Virus record (IMG/VR): IMGVR_UViG_3300021977_000001
Length of the DNA: 64,000 bases
From: a virus
Direction: 5' to 3' (one strand)
Position 1 is the first letter of the stretch. Each line of letters begins with the position of its first letter. A program made the position numbers and the translations under genes. Below the pieces are notes generated by a model that saw only the letters and a list, made by a program, of their open reading frames with translations, ran no database searches and had not been told where the DNA came from. Of this stretch, positions 58,815-64,000 are shown piece after piece.

Positions 58815-59231
58815 ATGTCTTTACTTGATACATTAAAAACCCCATCTGAAGACGAGGTCCTTACCGCAACCCAAAAGGCCCGTATGGCGCTACTAGAAAA
58901 CATGACCAAAGACGGTATACCGGAGTGTAACCGTGATCGACGCGTCATGTTAGAGTTATTAAACGGTGCTGATACTACAGCACTAGCCATGAAACGTATG
59001 GAGCAAGACTCTAAGCAAAGCGAGCAAGATAACGCTGCTGCTATCATGGCCGCTAAGATCATGGCTAAGACTGGCGGTAATAATCCGTTTGCAGGCGGTG
59101 CAGGTAACGGTGAGAAAGTTATTAACACGCTACCTGAAGGCGCTTTACCTGAACCTGAACTTGTTGACGGCGAGTTAGACGTAGGTGTTAGCGACCTTAA
59201 CTACGAAGACTTTATGAAGAAATACGATTAG
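58815..59231 (+). CDS. Conserved hypothetical helical protein
   Basis: 138 aa, RBS GGGAGG, acidic C-terminus. Confidence 0.75.
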   Translation: MSLLDTLKTPSEDEVLTATQKARMALLENMTKDGIPECNRDRRVMLELLNGADTTALAMKRMEQDSKQSEQDNAAAIMAAKIMAKTGGNNPFAGGAGNGEKVINTLPEGALPEPELVDGELDVGVSDLNYEDFMKKYD

Positions 59232-59950
59232 GCGTAGATGTTAAACGCATCTACATCTAAGAATTGTAAATTCATATAGCCAGTTAACGCTATTGTTGCT
59301 GCATCCCATACATTCATTTTCTTATAAAACATGGAGGCTGTCTCATCAAGGGACGCTTCCATGAGTTGTGCCGCCTCGCCAAACGCTTTTAATTTAGGGA
59401 CGTACCAGACCATCTCAGACATGACCTGACTATGTATAGATTTATGATGCATGGTAAACCACGTAATAAAGTCATACATAAAGACCGTCTTATAACTGCC
59501 CTGAAAGAAAGCAGGTGTAGTGAGGTGTCGCGGTACGTTTATGGTCTTAACGTCAGTAATGCCTAAATGGTGAGCAATGCTATTTGCTATCACCTGACAG
59601 TGTTGCTCGGGAAGGCGATAGGGCGCAGTGTTGATATGTACTGCAACCGGGTCTACCATGGGTATGCCCGCAGAACCTTTATTGGCCTCTCTAACAAAGT
59701 CTTTTAGTACCCGTACTAAATTACTCATCATGGACTTAGCGAGTAACGTGAGATCATGACTTGTATAAAGACTATTAACCTCATGCGTGTTGATTAGCGT
59801 ATCTAACACACCCCAATCATCAGTCTCTCTCGTTTCATAACCGTTAGCTAAAACGCGTTTAGCGGTAGAGACACCATATATCTCTTCAATACAGGCTATT
59901 CGCGTATCCATTAACGCGTTAAGTTCAACGTATACGGTTTGATTGCTCAT
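59228..59950 (-). CDS. Conserved hypothetical protein
   Basis: 240 aa; VYVELNALMDTR start weakly recalls HAD-like folds. Confidence 0.7.
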   Translation of the reverse strand: MSNQTVYVELNALMDTRIACIEEIYGVSTAKRVLANGYETRETDDWGVLDTLINTHEVNSLYTSHDLTLLAKSMMSNLVRVLKDFVREANKGSAGIPMVDPVAVHINTAPYRLPEQHCQVIANSIAHHLGITDVKTINVPRHLTTPAFFQGSYKTVFMYDFITWFTMHHKSIHSQVMSEMVWYVPKLKAFGEAAQLMEASLDETASMFYKKMNVWDAATIALTGYMNLQFLDVDAFNIYA

Positions 59951-60426
59951 TTCGCCGCCTTACTGATCTCCGCCATCAGACGTTTAAAGTTAGGACACAT
60001 TGCACTGACATAAAGCATCACGTACCAGAAATTGGCACGATATAAGGTTTCAAGATCACCATGGCTAGGAATGCTTTCTAAATAAGCACTATCTATCACT
60101 GTACCTTCGCGTTTGTTTTCTGTCAGACTTGTTGCAATCAATGCCACTAAACGATCGACATCTTTATCTTCATCAAAAGCACTCAGACGCCACTGCATGG
60201 TGATGCGTTCAATAAGCACTAACGTGTTTTTATTCTGACGTAACTCAGTCCATATCTTCTCAAGATCAGACTCATCGTAAACCCGAGCCATGTTAAAGCG
60301 TGCTAGAATAGCAAATAACGTTGCAAGGAATTGACGCTGCTTAGTTTCAGACTGCTCATCAATCACACCTATCAGGATAGAATCTAACTCCCCTATCACA
60401 TCTTTAACTAATGTTTTATCACTCAC
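59947..60426 (-). CDS. Conserved hypothetical protein
   Basis: 159 aa, coupled to both neighbours. Confidence 0.7.
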   Translation of the reverse strand: MSDKTLVKDVIGELDSILIGVIDEQSETKQRQFLATLFAILARFNMARVYDESDLEKIWTELRQNKNTLVLIERITMQWRLSAFDEDKDVDRLVALIATSLTENKREGTVIDSAYLESIPSHGDLETLYRANFWYVMLYVSAMCPNFKRLMAEISKAAK

Positions 60427-61087
60427 TGAGATTATTCCTTAAATGCATGCCGGTTAAAATAGCACTAAGCGTTTCGGTTGATTTAACTTTAGACCCTAGA
60501 GCTTTAATACTGTCTATATCAGATTCACCGGTTTCTAATATCTGTCGGTTCATGGCGTTAAATGCTACCTCATCCCCACCACGTAATTTGATAAGCTCTT
60601 CAATAGGCCCATCTAAGCCTAAAGAAAGCAATACACCTAGCTCAGGAAACGACAAAGCGGAGCCCTTAGAGATACCAGTAGCCTGGCCTGTAAGTTCATC
60701 TACGACGTTGTTGTTAGACGGTGTAGACATCTTCTTATCAAGTAACTGCGACTGTCGTCTCACCGGCATGTCGACGACCATGTATTTATGGGGTGTGGTG
60801 TAGGTTTCACCTGTATCGCTATCGGTGAGTACAATGTTCTCAAAGAAACTATGCCCGAGTTCTTTAGCTAGTTTAACATTGCGCGTGGTATCTAACTTAG
60901 CATCGTTTAAATTAGGCGCAATAATGGGCAATACAAAACCATTTTTAATGTCCTGCATTAGCTTATCAAAATCACGATCACTCATGTCTTTAAACAATGC
61001 TTCATAAAGGGCACGGTTCTCACCACCAGGTAAGATCTTATCCATGAAATCTAGGATAAATGTTTCTGCTGCTTTACGGTTAGCCAT
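60419..61087 (-). CDS. Virion RNA polymerase beta C-terminal subunit (phiKZ gp149-like)
   Basis: HKYMVVDMPVRRQSQLLDKK...DELTGQ...SFPELGVL...ELIKLRGGD parallels bacterial beta YMYMLKL...LVTQQP...GEMEVWAL...EMLTVKSDD. Confidence 0.88.
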   Translation of the reverse strand: MANRKAAETFILDFMDKILPGGENRALYEALFKDMSDRDFDKLMQDIKNGFVLPIIAPNLNDAKLDTTRNVKLAKELGHSFFENIVLTDSDTGETYTTPHKYMVVDMPVRRQSQLLDKKMSTPSNNNVVDELTGQATGISKGSALSFPELGVLLSLGLDGPIEELIKLRGGDEVAFNAMNRQILETGESDIDSIKALGSKVKSTETLSAILTGMHLRNNLSE

Positions 61088-61119
61088 AAACTTATTCTCT
61101 CATTTAATTAATACAGGTC

Positions 61120-61575
61120 TCATACCGATGCTGTAGATAACGGCAAGTTTTGACCCAAGAACTCACTTAAACTTCGAGACCAGCGACTGCGCTTAACCAC
61201 ACCAGGTAACTGCTGGTACATGCATTGTTCTTCACTGTTCAGCGTTTCAAACAACATAGCACATTCATCATGACCCATTTCTACTGCCACAGCACAGCAA
61301 AGACAAGCGCTATCTTCGCGTGTGTTCTTATCAAAAGCATTAAAGAACCCTTGTAAACTTAGAGGGTCTAAATGATGCTGCTTTCGTTGCTCAACTAACA
61401 AACAAGCTTCTCTAGTAGACAACTTATCAAAATCAATATCACCATTGCCCATCAGGTGCTTAATAAGTGCTATTCTGCACTCATCTTCTAATACGCTACG
61501 ATACGTCGCGTCGCAACAGTGATCAATTAAGAATTGTTTAATCTTTACATGGTGTTTACAGTAGAGTGATCGCAT
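61120..61575 (-). CDS. Cys-rich hypothetical protein
   Basis: 151-aa ORF. Confidence 0.6.
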   Translation of the reverse strand: MRSLYCKHHVKIKQFLIDHCCDATYRSVLEDECRIALIKHLMGNGDIDFDKLSTREACLLVEQRKQHHLDPLSLQGFFNAFDKNTREDSACLCCAVAVEMGHDECAMLFETLNSEEQCMYQQLPGVVKRSRWSRSLSEFLGQNLPLSTASV

Positions 61576-61586
61576 AATAGAATATC

Positions 61587-61916
61587 CTATTCATACCACG
61601 GCGGTAGTTCGTCGTAGATGTGGTGATCTAAAAGTAGTCGATGTTCTATGACAAAAGGTACTACGTATTGAACAAAGTCAATAATCCATTGGTCTTGACT
61701 AACGTGATTGTTAAGGTATCCACGTACTTCTACGGTGTCGACACCTCTAACGGTCCCAACATGCATATGCCAGAACCGGTTCAACCGTTCCATGTGGATA
61801 CGGTTTCTTGGATGTGCGTCAGCGGGGCGGTATTGTTGCCTGAACGCTTCTGCAATAGATTTGTTTTTACGTGATAAATAATAATGGACATCATCGTGCA
61901 GGGCCATAAAAGACAC
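61587..61916 (-). CDS. Conserved hypothetical protein
   Basis: 109-aa ORF. Confidence 0.65.
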   Translation of the reverse strand: MSFMALHDDVHYYLSRKNKSIAEAFRQQYRPADAHPRNRIHMERLNRFWHMHVGTVRGVDTVEVRGYLNNHVSQDQWIIDFVQYVVPFVIEHRLLLDHHIYDELPPWYE

Positions 61917-61924
61917 TCCAACAG

Positions 61925-62341
61925 TTAGTCATGCATTTGTTCATCCACATGTTCTATTTCCTTATCATACATCACGTGTCCAATTAGCGAATCTAACGTG
62001 ATGACCTCATAACTACCCGGTTTAAATATGTGCTTCATAAACCCAGCTGGCTCCCATCCATAATACGGACACTCGTGAATATCAGTGTCTGGTTCTTTAT
62101 AACCCTTGTGCCACGGCCATGCAGGTGCACCGGCACGATGAAATAACGCCTTAACCAACATATAGTCTAAAACGCTATCACACTTAACTGATTTACCTTG
62201 TAGTGTTGGCTTAGATGCTTCGTTAGCCATAGAGACAACATTTTCAACACCTTGATCGAATGGGGTTATCCCCAGCCGATTTAAGTACTCAACTGCTGCA
62301 GTATAACTTTCAGGGTTGTTTTTGTTAAATACAAGTTCCAT
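61925..62341 (-). CDS. Hypothetical protein
   Basis: 138-aa ORF with RBS AAGGA. Confidence 0.65.
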   Translation of the reverse strand: MELVFNKNNPESYTAAVEYLNRLGITPFDQGVENVVSMANEASKPTLQGKSVKCDSVLDYMLVKALFHRAGAPAWPWHKGYKEPDTDIHECPYYGWEPAGFMKHIFKPGSYEVITLDSLIGHVMYDKEIEHVDEQMHD

Positions 62342-62350
62342 AGTTTATCC

Positions 62351-62728
62351 TTAGTAGAGTACGACGAATACTGAATCTGGATTTTGCTTATAGGCAAGGT
62401 CGATGGCGTGTTTGGTTCCCCTACTCTTACCGTCCCAGAAAAACAATTGAATATCGGACATTACAACCAGCGTCTTATTACGCTTAAACCCAGCCGACTT
62501 ACCATATAAATGCCATTTAGCTTCATAGAGCGTAAAGGAAAGATTATTAGCTTTTGCGTATGCCTCAGCCATACTATCAGCGCCAAACGCTCCGCCGCTT
62601 ATTATAGAAAAGGAGGTTAATATCCCTTTCTCAATAAGCATGCGGATAGCCTTGCACATGAGATGATAACTGGTAAATCCCCTAGAACCGCCTATGAAGA
62701 GGGTTTGTTCTTCTTGAGTTTTATCCAT
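62351..62728 (-). CDS. SLOG-family (DUF2493/YspA-like) protein
   Basis: FIGGSRGF...IISGGAFGADSMAEAYA...WHLYGKSAGFKRN...FWDGKSRGTKHAI. Confidence 0.85.
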   Translation of the reverse strand: MDKTQEEQTLFIGGSRGFTSYHLMCKAIRMLIEKGILTSFSIISGGAFGADSMAEAYAKANNLSFTLYEAKWHLYGKSAGFKRNKTLVVMSDIQLFFWDGKSRGTKHAIDLAYKQNPDSVFVVLY

Positions 62729-62997
62729 TTACCTTTACCTTCATCAAACGTGTAATAGTTAATGGTAGGATCTGAAATAGAAACAGGGGTAAATGCACGG
62801 TCACCCTTTACTTTAACAAGACTAGTATTAACATCCACTATCTCAAACCACGTAAAAGGTATCCCTTTAAGTGTCTCATTGGTGATGTTTTTGTTCAACC
62901 AGTCTAAAAGCAATTTAACTTGTTGACTGCCTGTTTGAAAATCACCCATCCCACCGTAAGGTTGACCCGTACCTGCAAATAACCAATATCGTTTCAC
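62692..62997 (-). CDS. Hypothetical protein
   Basis: 101 aa; KRYWLFAGTGQPYGGMGDF. Confidence 0.65.
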   Translation of the reverse strand: MKRYWLFAGTGQPYGGMGDFQTGSQQVKLLLDWLNKNITNETLKGIPFTWFEIVDVNTSLVKVKGDRAFTPVSISDPTINYYTFDEGKGKWIKLKKNKPSS

Positions 62998-62998
62998 A

Positions 62999-64000
62999 TT
63001 ACACTCCTTTAGAGAACATGTCTTTTAATTTATTCTCAATGCCCTTCTCTTTACAGTACGCATCCCACCAATACGGGTAGTATTCTTTACGCGCCAGACG
63101 ACAAAGATCAATGGTTGATAAGAAGCGCTTTTCTTCAACGGCTTCTAATTCTTTAGGTAGCCAGTAGCCACGTGTGTCGTTTAAGATAGTATCCCAACTA
63201 ATACCCAGGTCGTTAATGGCCTTATAGAGATATTCAGGTGATAGTACGACATCACCCATGCTCTTCCACAACGTACTAATCATGCAAAGCTCGCATGTAA
63301 TCTCTAAGGCACGTTTAAGCTTAGGATCTTGGTCAATAAGTCCACGTACTGTAGTTCGACCCAGCGTTCTATCCGGATAGATGCTTAGCGCGTAGTTTCT
63401 ATCATTACCTTCTAAGCCAAACTTCTTCTCTTTAATGTAATGGAATTCACTTAAACCCATCAACATACCGTCACGCTGTGAGGCAATGATCTCAAACGGT
63501 AAACCGGTTGCACCGCTCTTAGAACGTAGTACCTGAATAGTAATAAGTTGTAAGTCCATATCGCCTGGTGTGCGATCATCGCCATCGCGTGGGTATAGAG
63601 GTGTTTTATCCGCTTTGTTAAATAAAGGCGATGCGCTTAAACAGTTAAAGAGAATATTAGTTAAGAACGTAAAGTTCTCAGGACAGCGTTTTAACTTAGT
63701 GCCCTGTTTAAGGAACTGAAGTTTCTTCTTAGATGGCGCGTATGGATCATCTAAGATCTCATCGCCCAAGTGAGCCGTAACCGTTAAAAAGATACCGTGG
63801 TTAGAAACCAGTTTAGGTATTTGTATAACCATCTGACTCTTTGCTGCACCGATACGGGCTGCTTCCATGTTCATCTTAGAGTCACCCACCTGGTTCTTAT
63901 CGTAGATAAGGTCGACAGAGTCGATGCTCATGTTAGAGATAGAATCAATACCTGCCATAGTAGGTCTTAACATAGGTAGATTTTTACCTGATGCGTTGAT
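62999..64000 (-). CDS. uvsX: UvsX/RecA-like recombinase (phiKZ gp152-like), N-terminus outside the window
   Basis: The frame stays open to the window end (INASGKNLPMLRPT...). Walker-B-like AGIDSIS, FLTVTAHLG, and KLKR...F. Confidence 0.8.
   Translation of the reverse strand: MNASGKNLPMLRPTMAGIDSISNMSIDSVDLIYDKNQVGDSKMNMEAARIGAAKSQMVIQIPKLVSNHGIFLTVTAHLGDEILDDPYAPSKKKLQFLKQGTKLKRCPENFTFLTNILFNCLSASPLFNKADKTPLYPRDGDDRTPGDMDLQLITIQVLRSKSGATGLPFEIIASQRDGMLMGLSEFHYIKEKKFGLEGNDRNYALSIYPDRTLGRTTVRGLIDQDPKLKRALEITCELCMISTLWKSMGDVVLSPEYLYKAINDLGISWDTILNDTRGYWLPKELEAVEEKRFLSTIDLCRLARKEYYPYWWDAYCKEKGIENKLKDMFSKGV

Noticed and set aside
1033-61874. Many short ORFs in the supplied track antisense to or nested in long genes (e.g. 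1033-1248, 3112-3408, 13100-13393, 28325-28636, 52662-53009, 57361-57831)
   Set aside because: They are shadows of well-supported genes on the other strand or frame, lack RBSs and read like reverse-translation artefacts.
1-64000. Stop-codon reassignment, as seen in some jumbo phages
   Set aside because: Long core genes are intact under the standard code, and TAA, TAG and TGA all end genes.

Overview
This 64 kb window is a core-genome segment of a phiKZ-like, nucleus-forming jumbo phage (Chimalliviridae type), read with the standard genetic code. The left arm carries the truncated non-virion RNAP beta' N-terminal subunit, chimallin (nuclear shell), a family-B DNA polymerase subunit, nine tightly packed small genes and the PhuZ tubulin. 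The middle holds virion morphogenesis genes: large terminase, internal head paralogs, baseplate/head proteins, tail sheath, tail tube and prohead protease. The right arm has four virion RNAP subunits, a 2046-aa tape-measure-like protein, a baseplate protein and a truncated UvsX/RecA. Accessory items are an intact HNH homing endonuclease, a degenerate HNH-like gene, an HslV-like protease, a SLOG protein and a 4.5 kb island with a 700 bp non-coding region. The best sequence-level observations are four. (1) The HNH cassette is flanked by two synonymously recoded copies of its neighbour's last 16 codons. (2) The nine small genes between phuZ and the polymerase look like divergent copies of one fold. 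(3) About 15 gene-end hairpins are followed by a TATGCCG-like motif. (4) The non-coding region combines a G-quadruplex pattern, competing hairpins, an AT-rich tract and ACAAGTA repeats. Orthology calls to phiKZ gene numbers come from remembered motifs and synteny, not database searches. I saw no tRNA, rRNA or CRISPR array.
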